Positions 1 to 14,000 of a DNA stretch of 64,000 nt are shown in pieces. The DNA is from Burkholderiales bacterium (GTDB lineage Bacteria; Pseudomonadota; Gammaproteobacteria; Burkholderiales; SG8-39), in contig JBOIFD010000414.1 of the NCBI GenBank assembly GCA_050741515.1, forward strand, positions 14,599-78,598. Direction: 5' to 3'. Position 1 is the first letter of the stretch; the number at the start of each line of letters is the position of its first letter. The position numbers and the translations under genes are program-made. The notes under the pieces were generated by a model, which saw nothing but the letters and a program-made list of their open reading frames with translations, did no database searches and was not told the origin of the DNA.

Positions 1-518
1 GCCATCGCGATCATCACCCGCTGGCGCATGCCCCCGGACAGCTGATGCGGATACTCGCCCGCGCGCCGCCCCGGCTCGGGGATGTCCACCAGCCGCAGCA
101 TCTCGATGGCGCGCTCCAGCGCCGCAGTTCGGGACAGCCCGCGGTGCAGAGTGAGGGCTTCGGCGATCTGCCTGCCGATGGTGAGCACCGGGTTGAGCGA
201 GGTCATCGGCTCCTGGAAGATCATCGAGATCTCGTTGCCGCGGAGCTTGCGCATCTCGCGCTCGGGCAGCGCCAGCAGGTCCCGGCCCTGGAACCTGACC
301 CGCCCGGCCACCACGCGTCCCGGCGGCGAGGCGATCAGGCGCAGGACCGACAGCGACGTCACGCTCTTGCCGCAGCCCGATTCGCCGACCACCGCCAGCG
401 TTTCCCCCGGGTAGACGGCAAACGACACGCCGTCGACCGCACGCACCACGCCGTCGCGCGTGAAGAAGTAGGTCTTCAGGCCGTCGACCTCGAGCAGCGG
501 CTCAGCGCTCGCGCCCAT
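1..518 (-). CDS. Peptide/nickel-type ABC transporter ATP-binding protein (DppD/OppD-like); 3' end runs off the window
   Basis: Hand translation of the minus strand from ATG at 518 gives [18 protein letters not shown]... It has Walker [11 protein letters not shown] (about nt 370-400) and the ABC signature QLSGGMRQR (about nt 22-45). The ORF track omits it because the window edge truncates it. It starts 4 nt after the stop of the upstream permease gene. Confidence 0.85.
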   Translation of the reverse strand, partial: MGASAEPLLEVDGLKTYFFTRDGVVRAVDGVSFAVYPGETLAVVGESGCGKSVTSLSVLRLIASPPGRVVAGRVRFQGRDLLALPEREMRKLRGNEISMIFQEPMTSLNPVLTIGRQIAEALTLHRGLSRTAALERAIEMLRLVDIPEPGRRAGEYPHQLSGGMRQRVMIAM

Positions 519-522
519 TGCG

Positions 523-1401
523 TCACATGCGCCGCGCGAGACGCGGATCGAGCGCGTCGCGCATGCCGTCGCCGAGCAGATTGACCGCCAGCACCGTGAC
601 CGACAGGCACACGCCCGGGAACAGGATCAGGTAGCCCGCGATCTGGAACAGGCTGCGGGCCTCGGCCATGATGTTGCCCCAACTCGGGATGTTGGGCGGC
701 GTGCCGGCGCCGATGAACGACAGGATCGCCTCGGTGATCATCGCCGAGGCGCACACGTAGGTCGCCTGCACCAGCAGCGGCGCGACGATGTTCGGCAGGA
801 TATGGCGCAGCAGGATGCGCGGCATACTGGTGCCCGCGGCGATGGCGGCGGCGACGTAGGGCTCCTCGCGCAGGGTCAGCACCAGGCTGCGCACCAGCCG
901 CACCACGCGCGGCACCTCGGCGAGGGTGATGGCGGCGATCACGTTCTCGATGCTCGCTTTGGTGAGCGCCATCAGGGCAATCGCCAGCAGCACCGGCGGG
1001 ATCGACATCAGGCCGTCCATGACGCGCATGACGATCGCGTCCAGCCAGCGCACGAAGCCGGTAGTCAACCCGATCGCCAGGCCGAGCAGCGTGCTCACGA
1101 TCGCGACCGCGATGCCCACGGTCAGCGAAACTCGCGCCCCGAACAGCACCCGGCTATAGACGTCGCGTCCCATCATGTCCGAGCCGAACCAGAACTCGGC
1201 CGAGGGCTGCTTCAAGCGCCGCACCGGCGCGACCGCCTGCGGGTCCACCGTGCCCAGCCACGGGGCGAGCAGCGCCACCAGGACCATCGCCAGCAGGATC
1301 ACGCCGCCGGCGATGGCGGTCGGATGGCGGCGGAACGCGCTTCCGAAGCGCCGCCAGGTCGGGGAAGCGGAGACCGGCGCGCCGGCAGCGATCGCATCCA
1401 T
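523..1401 (-). CDS. ABC transporter permease (DppC/OppC-like)
   Basis: 292-aa ORF with multiple hydrophobic segments and a BPD-type permease core ([26 protein letters not shown]). It sits in an operon with a second permease, a substrate-binding protein and an ATPase. Confidence 0.9.
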   Translation of the reverse strand: MDAIAAGAPVSASPTWRRFGSAFRRHPTAIAGGVILLAMVLVALLAPWLGTVDPQAVAPVRRLKQPSAEFWFGSDMMGRDVYSRVLFGARVSLTVGIAVAIVSTLLGLAIGLTTGFVRWLDAIVMRVMDGLMSIPPVLLAIALMALTKASIENVIAAITLAEVPRVVRLVRSLVLTLREEPYVAAAIAAGTSMPRILLRHILPNIVAPLLVQATYVCASAMITEAILSFIGAGTPPNIPSWGNIMAEARSLFQIAGYLILFPGVCLSVTVLAVNLLGDGMRDALDPRLARRM

Positions 1402-1402
1402 G

Positions 1403-2344
1403 TCAGTAGCGGATGCGCGGATCGAGGAACATGTAGCTCAGGTCTACCGCGAGGTTTATCAGCACGTAGGCGCCGGAGAAGATCAGCACCACCCCCTGGA
1501 TGATCGGGTAGTCGCGGCGCAGGATCGAATCGACGGTGAGCCGGCCGATGCCCGGGATCGCGAATACCGTCTCGGTCACGATCGCGCCGCCGATCAGCAA
1601 CGCGATGCCGATGCCGATCACCGTCACGATCGGCACCGCGGCGTTCTTCAGAGCGTGCCCGACCAGCACCTCGCCGGGCGCCAGGCCCTTCGCCTGGGCG
1701 GTGCGCACGTAGTCCTGGGCCAGTACGTCGAGCATGCTGGCACGGGTGATGCGCGCGATCAGCGCGATGTAGACGGTGCCCAGCGCGCTGCTGGGCAGGA
1801 TCAGGTGGCGCGCCCACTCCCACACGCCCTCGCGGATCGGGCGATAGCCCTGCACCGGCAGCCAGTCGAGGCCGATCGAAAACGTGAGGATCAGGATATA
1901 CGCCAGCACGAACACCGGCAGCGAGAAACCGAGCACCGAGAAGGCCATCACCAGGCGGTCGATCCAGGTGCCGGCGCGCGCGGCGGCGACCACGCCCAGC
2001 GGCACCGCGATCAGCACCGAAACCAGCAGGGTGCACACGGTGAGGGACAGGGTCGGCTCGATGCGCTGCGCGATCAGGTGCGTGACCGGCAGGTTGGTGA
2101 AGATCGAGATGCCGAGGTCGCCGTGCAGGAGCCGCGACACCCAGCCGCCGAAGCGCACCAGGAACGGCTCGTCCAGGCCGAGCTTCTCGCGGATGCGCCG
2201 GATGTCGTCGCTGGTGGCGGCGTCGCCGGCCAGGATCGCGGCCGGGTCGCCGGGAGTGAGGTACAGCAGCAGGAACACCACGAACGCGACCACCGCCATG
2301 ACGACGATGGTCGCGAACAGCCGCCGGACTACATAGGCGAACAC
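1403..2344 (-). CDS. ABC transporter permease (DppB/OppB-like)
   Basis: 313-aa ORF. The N-terminus MFAYVVRRLFATIVVMAVVAFVVFLLLYLTPGDPA and the motif YVRTAQAKGL are typical of DppB/OppB permeases. There is a 1-nt gap to the next permease gene. Confidence 0.9.
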   Translation of the reverse strand: MFAYVVRRLFATIVVMAVVAFVVFLLLYLTPGDPAAILAGDAATSDDIRRIREKLGLDEPFLVRFGGWVSRLLHGDLGISIFTNLPVTHLIAQRIEPTLSLTVCTLLVSVLIAVPLGVVAAARAGTWIDRLVMAFSVLGFSLPVFVLAYILILTFSIGLDWLPVQGYRPIREGVWEWARHLILPSSALGTVYIALIARITRASMLDVLAQDYVRTAQAKGLAPGEVLVGHALKNAAVPIVTVIGIGIALLIGGAIVTETVFAIPGIGRLTVDSILRRDYPIIQGVVLIFSGAYVLINLAVDLSYMFLDPRIRY

Positions 2345-2367
2345 CTATACGAGCACCGGCCCCGGGG

Positions 2368-3945
2368 CTACTTTTTCTCCACGTTCCAGAGCAGGTTGAT
2401 GGGGGCGATGATCACGCCGGTGATGTTCGAGCGATACGCCGTCGGCAGGATGAACTGCCCGGTCGGGATGAAAGGCACGAACTCGAACGCCCGGCGCTGC
2501 ACCGCGTCGGCGGCCTTCTTGGAGCTCGCCGCATCGGAGGCGGCGAACCAGGCTTCGCGGAGTTCCTCCATCCTGGGATCGGTCGGCCAGCCGAACCAGG
2601 CCTTGTCGCCGGTGCCGCGCAGCGGAAAGTTGACCGCGGGATTGACCATGTCGGGACCCACCAGCCAGGTGTGGAAGATCGACCAGCCGCCGCGGTCGAT
2701 CGGTTCCCTTACCGCGCGGCGGGTGATCAGCGTTCCCCAGTCGCCGGCCTGGATTTCGGCGTTCAGCCCGAGCTTCTTCAGGTTCTCCAGGGTGAGCAGG
2801 GACTGGGAATGCACGATCGGCTGGTCGGTCGCATCGATGATGACGATCTTCTCGCCCTTGTAGCCGGACTCCTTGACCAGCTGCTTGGCCCTCTCGAGGT
2901 CGCGCTTGCCCTTGAGCGGCTCGGCGGAGACCTCGGACGCGAGCGGCGTGCCGCAGGTGAAGTACGAGTAGCACGGATGGCCGTTCTTCGGGTCGCCGGC
3001 GATGCCGATCACGTAGTCCTGCTGATTGACGGCATAGAGGAGCGCCTGCCGCATTTTCGGATGGTTGAACGGCGGATAGAGGAAGTTGAAGCGGATCATG
3101 CCCATCGAGCCGAGCGGGTCGATGTTCTTGACCGTGATGTCCTTGTTCCGCGAGAGCAGGGGAATCAGGTCGGGCGGCATCTGCTCCCACCAGTCGGCCT
3201 CGCCGGCGTTGAGCGCGGCCGCGGCCGTCGCCGAATCCGGGATGTAGATCCACTCGACGCGGTCGACCTTGACGACCTTGCCGCCCGAGGCCCACGACGG
3301 CGCCTCCTTGCGCGGGATGTAGTCGGTGTTCTTGACATACACCACCTTGTTGCCCGGTACCCACTCGGCCTTGACGAACTTGAACGGCCCGGAGCCGGTC
3401 GCGTCGTCGATGTTCTTGAAGGCATCGGTCTTGGCGATGCGCTCGGGCATGATGAACGGCACGTTCGACGAGGGCTTGGCGAGCGCCTCGAGGGCGAGCG
3501 GGAACGGCCTCTTGAGCTGCAGCCGGAAAGTCTTGTCGTTGACCGCGCTCCACGACTGGGTCGCCTCCGCGAGCTTCTGGCCGAGCGCATCGCGCTTGGC
3601 CCAGCGCTCGATCGAGGCGATGCAGTCGGCCGAGCGCACCGGCTGGCCGTCGTGGAACTTGAGCCCGTCGCGCAGCGTGAAGGTGTAGGTCAGCTGGTCC
3701 TTGCTGATCTCGTGCCGGCCGACCATCTGCGGCTTGACCTGGAAGCTCGCGTCCATCGCGAACAGCGTGTCGTACACCATGTAGCCGTGGTTGCGCGTGA
3801 TGTACGCGGTAGTGGCGATCGGATCGAGGATGCGCAGGTCCGCCTGCGGGATGAACTTCAGCACCTTCTGCTGCGCAACGGCGCCCATTGCCGGCATTGC
3901 GACGAGCAGCCCTGCGACGACGACTCTCAGAAATCGATGGGTCAT
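2368..3945 (-). CDS. ABC transporter substrate-binding protein, family 5 (peptide/opine/nickel type)
   Basis: The ORF is 2368..3993. I place the start at the internal ATG at 3945, giving MTHRFLRVVVAGLLVAMPAMGAVAQQ, a signal-peptide-like N-terminus. That ATG overlaps the amidase stop as ATGA. Size and sequence style fit SBP family 5. Confidence 0.85.
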   Translation of the reverse strand: MTHRFLRVVVAGLLVAMPAMGAVAQQKVLKFIPQADLRILDPIATTAYITRNHGYMVYDTLFAMDASFQVKPQMVGRHEISKDQLTYTFTLRDGLKFHDGQPVRSADCIASIERWAKRDALGQKLAEATQSWSAVNDKTFRLQLKRPFPLALEALAKPSSNVPFIMPERIAKTDAFKNIDDATGSGPFKFVKAEWVPGNKVVYVKNTDYIPRKEAPSWASGGKVVKVDRVEWIYIPDSATAAAALNAGEADWWEQMPPDLIPLLSRNKDITVKNIDPLGSMGMIRFNFLYPPFNHPKMRQALLYAVNQQDYVIGIAGDPKNGHPCYSYFTCGTPLASEVSAEPLKGKRDLERAKQLVKESGYKGEKIVIIDATDQPIVHSQSLLTLENLKKLGLNAEIQAGDWGTLITRRAVREPIDRGGWSIFHTWLVGPDMVNPAVNFPLRGTGDKAWFGWPTDPRMEELREAWFAASDAASSKKAADAVQRRAFEFVPFIPTGQFILPTAYRSNITGVIIAPINLLWNVEKK

Positions 3946-5321
3946 GCCTCGCCTCCCCTTTCGGATGTGAACCGCCACGGCATGGTGTGCCATTCGGTTG
4001 TCGACTCGTAGGCTCGCGCCACCCGGAACAGCAGGCCCTCCTGCAGCCGGTCACCGACGACCTGCATGCCGATCGGCAGGCCTTGCGGGGCGGCGCCGCA
4101 TGGAATCGAGATCGCCGGTAGCCCCGCGGAGCTAAACGGTATCATGAACTGGCGCTGGCGGTCGAAGAGCGGCGCGGGTGCATCGAGGCGCGGCGTGAGC
4201 ATCGGCAGCACCGGCGTCACGAGCGCGTCCACCTGCGCGAAGACCGCGCGGATCGCCGCCGCCTGATCGGCCCGCGCCGCCAATGCCTTACGGTAGCTCG
4301 GCGCGCTGATTTCCATGCCGCGGCGGATGTTCGCGCACACCACCGGGCCGAACACCTCGTCCGGGTTGCGACAGGCGCGGAACGCCTCGCCCAGGATGCG
4401 GTTGAACTCGAACAGCATGATCTCGAGCAGCGCGCCGTGGGCGAGCGGATCGGACACGCCGGGCACGTCGACTTCGCTCGCTTGCGCACCGAGCGCGCGG
4501 AGCTGCTCGACGGCCGCCGCCACCGCCTGCTCCACCTCGCGGTCGACGCCCATGGCGGAGAGCCCGCGCAGCACCCCGAGGCGAAGCCCCGCGATACCGG
4601 CTTCCAGGCCGGCGGCGTAGTCCTCCGCGGGGGCCATGGCGCGGAGCAGCAGGCTGCAATCGCGGACGCAACGCGCCAGCGGCCCCACCACGTCAAAGCT
4701 GAACGACCGGGGAAACGAGCCCGCGACCGGAACTCGTCCGAAAGACGGTCGGATGCCGACGATGCCGGTGCACGCGGCCGGCACCCGGATCGAGCCGCCC
4801 GCGTCGGTCCCCACCGCCGCGAGCGCCATTCCGGATGCAACCGCGGCCGCCGCGCCGCTGGAAGATCCGCCGGGAGAATGATCGAGCGCCCACGGATTGC
4901 GCACGTCGCCGTAGATCGCATTCTTTCCGGAGGTTCCGGCGGCGAACTCGTTCATGTTGGTCTTGCCGACCATGACGGCGCCGGCGGCGGCGAGCCGCGC
5001 GACCGCGACGGCGTCGCTCGCCGGCACGCGATCGGCAAAGTACCGCGAGCCCACGGTGGTGCGCACGCCCGCGGTATCGAGGCAATCCTTGCAGGCGAAC
5101 GGAATGCCGTGCAGCGGACCGCGGTCCGTTCCCGAGCGCAGCTCCCGATCGAGACGCGCGGCCTGCGCCAGCGCCGCATCGGCCGTCACGGTGAGGAAGG
5201 CGTTGAGCCGCGGCTGCAGCGCCTCGATGCGCTCCAGCGCCGCGCGGGTAAGCTGCACGCACGTCGTCCCGCCCGTACGCAACTCCTCGCCGGCAGCGTC
5301 GATCGACGTCGGCAGGTCCAT
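3942..5321 (-). CDS. Amidase (amidase-signature family, GatA-like)
   Basis: 459-aa ORF with the AS-family motifs GIPFACKDCLDTAG (Lys) and GGSSSGAAAAVASG / GTDAGGSIRVPA (Ser-cisSer). It is the first gene of the minus-strand ABC operon. Confidence 0.85.
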   Translation of the reverse strand: MDLPTSIDAAGEELRTGGTTCVQLTRAALERIEALQPRLNAFLTVTADAALAQAARLDRELRSGTDRGPLHGIPFACKDCLDTAGVRTTVGSRYFADRVPASDAVAVARLAAAGAVMVGKTNMNEFAAGTSGKNAIYGDVRNPWALDHSPGGSSSGAAAAVASGMALAAVGTDAGGSIRVPAACTGIVGIRPSFGRVPVAGSFPRSFSFDVVGPLARCVRDCSLLLRAMAPAEDYAAGLEAGIAGLRLGVLRGLSAMGVDREVEQAVAAAVEQLRALGAQASEVDVPGVSDPLAHGALLEIMLFEFNRILGEAFRACRNPDEVFGPVVCANIRRGMEISAPSYRKALAARADQAAAIRAVFAQVDALVTPVLPMLTPRLDAPAPLFDRQRQFMIPFSSAGLPAISIPCGAAPQGLPIGMQVVGDRLQEGLLFRVARAYESTTEWHTMPWRFTSERGGEA

Positions 5322-5407
5322 CGGTCAGAGCTCGATGGCCGAGCGGATGCCCGCGATCCCCGCCCCGGCGCAGGCCTTCTTAGCGCGCAAGCGCGGCAGC
5401 GGGCAGT

Positions 5408-5509
5408 TCAAGCCGCGGCGTCGAACTCCTTGTCGCAGTTCATCCGGTGATGTTCGCAGGCAAGGGTCTCGTAGTAAAGCCGGTCCTGTGTCGGCGGTGA
5501 TCGCGCCAT
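5408..5509 (-). CDS. Hypothetical small ORF (33 aa) upstream of the amidase operon; very uncertain
   Basis: The sequence is MARSPPTQDRLYYETLACEHHRMNCDKEFDAAA. It starts with ATG and its third codon positions are mostly G/C (about 24 of 33 by hand), as in real genes here. I see no clear Shine-Dalgarno and recognise no family. Confidence 0.2.
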   Translation of the reverse strand: MARSPPTQDRLYYETLACEHHRMNCDKEFDAAA

Positions 5510-5534
5510 CAAACCGGCAGCCACGCAACCAGAT

Positions 5535-8807
<3,273 letters not shown>

Positions 8808-8841
8808 GGTGGGTTCCCCTGAAGGACCGCGCCGCGAGCCG

Positions 8842-9663
8842 TCAGTCCCCTCTGAGCAGCTCGTTGATGCTGGTCTTCGCGCGCGTCTTGGCGTCGACCT
8901 GCTTCACGATTACGGCGCAATAAAGGCTGTATTTTCCGTCGGCCGAGGGTAGGGTACCAGGAACTACTACCGATCCGGCCGGCACCCGGCCATGCAGGAT
9001 CGCGCCGGACGCCCGGTCGTAGATGCGGGTGCTCGCGCCGATGTACACGCCCATCGAGATCACTGCGTTCTCCTCGACGATCACGCCCTCGACGATCTCC
9101 GAGCGGGCGCCGATGAAGCAGTTGTCCTCGATGATGGTCGGGTTGGCCTGCAGCGGCTCGAGGACGCCGCCGATGCCCACCCCGCCCGAAAGATGCACGT
9201 TCTTGCCGATCTGCGCGCAGCTGCCGACGGTCGCCCAGGTGTCGACCATCGTCCCCTCGTCGACGTACGCGCCGATGTTGACGTAGGAGGGCATCAACAC
9301 GACGTTGCGCGCCACATACGCGCCGCGTCGCGCCACCGCTGGCGGCACCACCCGGAACCCGGCCGCGGCGAAATCCGCCGGCGCGTAGGCTCCGAACTTG
9401 ACCGGAACCTTGTCGTAGTAGCGGGTGAACGTCCCGGGAATCACCTGGTTGTCGCTCAACCGGAACGACAGCAGCACCGCTTTCTTGATCCATTGACGGG
9501 TCTGCCAGGCGCCAGCCAGCTTTTCCGCGACCCGAAGCTCGCCCCGGTCGAGCCTGGCGAGCACCGTGTCGACCGCCTCGCGGAGCTCCGGATCGGTCGT
9601 GGCGGGGGAAAGGTCCGCGCGGCGCTCCCACGCCGCTTCGATGACCGCCTGCAGTGCCGGCAT
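8842..9663 (-). CDS. dapD: 2,3,4,5-tetrahydropyridine-2,6-dicarboxylate N-succinyltransferase
   Basis: I place the start at the internal ATG at 9663 ([18 protein letters not shown]). It has hexapeptide repeats. The C-terminus [42 protein letters not shown] is nearly identical to the E. coli DapD C-terminus as I recall it. Confidence 0.93.
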   Translation of the reverse strand: MPALQAVIEAAWERRADLSPATTDPELREAVDTVLARLDRGELRVAEKLAGAWQTRQWIKKAVLLSFRLSDNQVIPGTFTRYYDKVPVKFGAYAPADFAAAGFRVVPPAVARRGAYVARNVVLMPSYVNIGAYVDEGTMVDTWATVGSCAQIGKNVHLSGGVGIGGVLEPLQANPTIIEDNCFIGARSEIVEGVIVEENAVISMGVYIGASTRIYDRASGAILHGRVPAGSVVVPGTLPSADGKYSLYCAVIVKQVDAKTRAKTSINELLRGD

Positions 9664-9671
9664 GACCCCTC

Positions 9672-10868
9672 TCAGATCGAGATTGAACGGGCGAACTCGG
9701 CGATCCGGCGCACGCCCTCGAGGCACTCGTCCGGCGGCGCGACGAGCGCGACCCGGACGTACTGTCGGCCGGGGTTGGTCCCGTGCGCTTCGCGCGCGAG
9801 GTAGCTGCCCGGCAGGACACTGACATTATATTTCCCGTACAGGCCCCGCGCGAACGCCGCGTCGTCGATCGGCGTGCGGATCCAGAGATAGAACCCGCCC
9901 GCGGGCATTGCCGCCTCGAGCGGGGGCCGGATGACCGGCAGGGCGGCGGCGAACTTTTCCCGGTACAAGGCCCGGTTCGCCGCGACGTGAGCCTCGTCGC
10001 CCCAGGCCGCCTGGCTTGCGGCCTGGACGGCCGGGCTCATGGCGCTGCCGTGATAGGTCCGGTAGAGCAGGAACGCCTTGAGCACCGCGGCGTCCCCGGC
10101 CACGAACCCCGACCGCATCCCCGGCACGTTCGAGCGCTTCGACAGGCTCGAGAACACCACCAGCCGCGCGAAGTCGCGCCGTCCGAGCCGCGCCGCAGCC
10201 TCGAGCGCGCCGAGCGGCGCACGGGCGTCGTCGAAGTAGAGCTCGGAGTAGCACTCGTCGGACGCGATCACGAACCCGTGCCGGTCGGAGAGCCCGAACA
10301 GGTGCTGCCACTCCGCGAGGGTCATCACGTGGCCGGTCGGATTCGCCGGCGAGCAGGTGTACAGGAGCTGGACCCGCGACCACGCGGCCGGCGGGATGGC
10401 GGCGTAGTCGATCGCGAAGCCCCGGGCGCGATCGGCGTTCGCGTACAGCGCGGCCGCCCCCGCGAGCAGGGCCGCGCCCTCGTAGATCTGGTAGAACGGG
10501 TTCGGACACAGCACCAGCGGGTCGCGCGCCCGGTCGACGACCACCTGGGCAATTGCGAACAGCGCCTCGCGCGAGCCGTTGATCGGCAGCACCTGCGTCC
10601 CGGGATCGACGCCCGAAAGCCGGTAGCGGCGGGCGAGCCAGCTCGCGATCGCCTCCCGGAGCGGCGCCGCGCCGATGGTCGGCGGGTACGCCGCGAGCCC
10701 GTCGAGGCCCCGGGTCAGCGCCTCCTTGATGAAGACGGGCGTCGGGTGCTTCGGCTCGCCGATCTGGAGACGGATGGGGGTGAAGCGGGCGTCCGGCGTC
10801 ACGCCGGCGAAGAGCTCGCGCAGCTTCTCGAACGGGTACGGCTGGAGCCTCGCGAGGTCTGGGTTCAT
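9672..10868 (-). CDS. dapC: Succinyldiaminopimelate transaminase
   Basis: I place the start at the ATG at 10868 ([20 protein letters not shown]). It is a class I/II aminotransferase with the PLP-lysine motif [16 protein letters not shown]. It lies immediately upstream of dapD. Confidence 0.85.
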   Translation of the reverse strand: MNPDLARLQPYPFEKLRELFAGVTPDARFTPIRLQIGEPKHPTPVFIKEALTRGLDGLAAYPPTIGAAPLREAIASWLARRYRLSGVDPGTQVLPINGSREALFAIAQVVVDRARDPLVLCPNPFYQIYEGAALLAGAAALYANADRARGFAIDYAAIPPAAWSRVQLLYTCSPANPTGHVMTLAEWQHLFGLSDRHGFVIASDECYSELYFDDARAPLGALEAAARLGRRDFARLVVFSSLSKRSNVPGMRSGFVAGDAAVLKAFLLYRTYHGSAMSPAVQAASQAAWGDEAHVAANRALYREKFAAALPVIRPPLEAAMPAGGFYLWIRTPIDDAAFARGLYGKYNVSVLPGSYLAREAHGTNPGRQYVRVALVAPPDECLEGVRRIAEFARSISI

Positions 10869-11011
10869 CGGCGCAAGCGTCGCGCGCTCGGGACGCGCCG
10901 GGTCGCGCCGGAAGCGACGCTCTGGAATGGTATTATACGGCCCGCCTTGGATCGTCCCGACCAACCCTCGACAACCGCGGCGCACCGCGCCGCTGCCTGA
11001 TCGTCGGTAAG

Positions 11012-14000
11012 TTGCGCCTCACGCAGATCAAACTGGCCGGGTTCAAGTCGTTCGTCGATCCGACGGCCATCGATGTCCCGGGCCAGCTCGTCGGCGTGGT
11101 CGGCCCCAACGGCTGCGGCAAGTCCAACATCATCGACGCGGTGCGCTGGGTGCTCGGCGAGACGCGGGCGTCCGCGCTCCGCGGCGAGTCGATGCAGGAC
11201 GTCATCTTCAACGGCACGCTGCAGCGCGCGCCGGTCGCGCGCTCGAGCGTCGAGCTCGCATTCGACAACAGCCTGGGCAGGGCGGCCGGCCAGTGGTCGC
11301 AATACGCCGAGATCGCGGTGAAGCGCGTCCTCCAGCGCGACGGCGAATCGTCGTACCACATCAACAACACCCAGGTGCGGCGCCGCGACGTGCAGGACAT
11401 CTTCCTCGGCACCGGCCTCGGCCCGCGGGCGTACGCGATCATCGAGCAGGGGATGATCTCGCGCGTCATCGAGGCGAAGCCCGAGGAGCTGCGGATCTTC
11501 CTCGAGGAGGCCGCCGGCGTGTCGAAGTACAGGGAGCGCCGCCGCGAGACCGAGCATCGCCTCGCCGACACGCGGGAGAACCTGACGCGCGTCGACGACA
11601 TCCGGCGCGAGCTCGAGACCCAGATCGAGAAGCTCACCCGCCAGGCCGAGGTCGCGCGCCAGTACAAGGCGCTGCAGGGCGAGGCCGCGCACAAGCAGAG
11701 CCTGCTCTGGCTGCTCCGCAAGCGCGACGCCGAGAACGACGCGCTGCGGGTGAAGCGCGAGATCGACCGGGTCGCGACCGAGCTCGAGGCCGAGACCGCG
11801 CGGGTCCGCGCGATCGAGAGCCGGCTCGAGCAGGCGCGCGTGGATCATTACGCGGCCGCGGACGCGGTCAACGTCGTCCAGGGCGCGCTCTACGAGGTCA
11901 ATACGGAGGTCTCCAGGCTCGAGGCCGAGCTGCGGTTCATGACCGAGACCCGGCAGCGGCTCGAGGCGCAACGCGCCCATCTCGCGCTCCAGCTCGGGCA
12001 GTGGCAGCGAAGCCGCGCCGAGCTGGATGAGGCCGCCGCGGACTGGGCGCGGCGGGGCGGTGACGCCGCGGCGCGGGTCGCGGCGGCGGCGGCGCGGCTC
12101 GGTGCGGAGGAGGCCCGCCTGCCGGAGATGGAAGAGGCGTTCCGCGCCACGCAGGCGCGGCTGGAGGAATCGCGTGCCGCGATCGCGCGCGCGGAGCAAG
12201 CGCTGCAGCTCGAGCAGGCGCACCTCGCGCACGTCGCCCGCACCCTCCAGGGTCACGCCACGCGCACCGAGCGGCTGGTCGCCGAGCGCGCGCAACTCGC
12301 GGCGCCCGATTCCGCGCGCCCGGACGAGCTCGCCCGGGGAATCGCGAGCGCCGACGCGGACGCCGCGGCCTGCGCGGCCCGCATCCGCGAGCTGCAGGAA
12401 GACCTGCCGGTGCTCGAAGCCGCGCGGAGCGCGGGGCTCGCGCGCCTCCAGGAGCTGGAGCGCGACGTGAATACCCGCGCCGGCCGGCTCGCGACGCTCC
12501 AGCACATCCAGGAGCAGGTCGAAGAGGGCGTTGAGGTCAACGACTGGCTCGCCAAGCACGGGCTCCAGCGCCGCGGGCGGCTGTGGCAGAAGATCACGGT
12601 CGAGCCGGGGTGGGAAACGGCGGTGGAGTCGGTGCTGCGCGAGCGGTTGCACGCGCTCGAGGTGGCCGACCCGCGGGCGCTGGAAGCGCTGCTCGACGAT
12701 CCGCCCCCCGCGAAGCTGAGCGTATTCGCGCCGGGCGGCGCCGAGCCCGGCGTTGCCGATCGGTCCGGACTCCGGCCGCTCGCGTCGCTCGTGCGGTTTG
12801 CCGATGCGACCGCCCGGCCGCTGGTCGCCGACTGGCTCGCCGGATGCCTCGCCGTGGAAGGCGTGCCGCCGGCTGCGACCCGTCTGGCGCTCCCGCCGGG
12901 GACGATCCTCGTCAACCGCGAAGGGCATCAGTTCACCCGCCACGCGGTCAGCTTCCATGGCCCCGACTGCGTCGAGGCCGGGATCCTCGCCCGACAGCGC
13001 GAGATCGAGGGGCTGAGCGAGGCGCTGCGCGGATTCGAGGAGCGTACGCAGGCAGCCCGAGACGTCCACGCTTCGGCCGAGCGCCAGCTCGCCGCCCGGC
13101 GCGAGGAGGTGGGCGCGCTGCAGGAGCGCGAGGCCGATCGCCACCGGACGCGGCACGAGCTTCAGCTCGAGCACGTGCGGGTGAGCGAGGCGATCGGCCG
13201 CGTGCGCGAGCGGGGGCGGCAGATCGCCGACGAGCTGGCCGAGATCGAACGCCAGCGCGCCCAGGAGCGGGAGGCCCAGTCCGTTGCGGAGGCCAACCTG
13301 AAGCGCCATCAGGAGGAACTCGCCGAGCGTGCCGTGGCGCTCGACGCGACGCGGCGAACCTACGCGACCGCGTCCGAAGCGTTGGACGCTCAGCGCGACG
13401 CCGTCCAGTCGACCTCCCGCGAAGTCCAGGAAACGTCATTCTATGAGCGAGAATGTTCTTCTAAAATCAATGAAATAACGAGATCTATTCAAGTTATTTC
13501 AGAACAGACGGCCCAAGGCGAAACCGAGCGGGCGAAGACCGAAACGGAGCTCTCGGCGCTGCGGGCCGACGGCACGCAACAGGCCTTGCAGGCGGCGCTG
13601 GCCCAGCGGGTGGAACGCGAGGCGCGCCTGACAGCGACCCGGACCGGGCTGGAGGAGGCGGGGGCGCTCCTGCGGTCCGCCGACGAGGAGCGGCTCGCCG
13701 CCGAGCAGAAGCTCCCCCCGCTTCGCGATCGGGTCGGCGAGCTGCGGCTCAAGGAGCAGGCAGCCCGGCTCGCCGTGGAGCAGTTCGCGCAGCAGCTCGC
13801 CGACGCCCACGTCGACGAGGCGGATCTCGCCCAGTCGCTCGACGGCAAGCTGCGGCCGTCCGCGCTGCAGGCCGAGATCGCGCGGCTGCAGCAGGCGATG
13901 ACGGACCTCGGAGCGATCAACATGGCGGCGCTGGAGGAGCTTGCGACCGCCACCGAGCGCAAGGGGTTTCTCGACGCGCAGGCCGGCGACCTCGCGCAGG

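Noticed and set aside
8905-8990. Mild GC dip in the 3' part of dapD
   Set aside because: By hand count it is only about 47-54% G+C. It coincides with the universally conserved Lys/Tyr/Ile-rich DapD C-terminus ([12 protein letters not shown]). Amino-acid constraint explains most of it.
10865-13309. 814-aa minus-strand ORF
   Set aside because: It lies entirely antisense to the strongly supported smc gene. Its Arg/Ala/Gly/Leu/Pro-rich, low-complexity translation is the usual stop-free shadow frame of high-GC coding DNA.
13431-13508. The AT-rich island in smc as a dif (XerCD) site, a parS site or a hidden mobile-element end
   Set aside because: It does not resemble the dif core (…ATAATGTATATTATGT…) or parS (TGTTNCACGTGAAACA) as I remember them. 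It stays in frame with no flanking direct repeats. I therefore kept it as an unexplained compositional island only.
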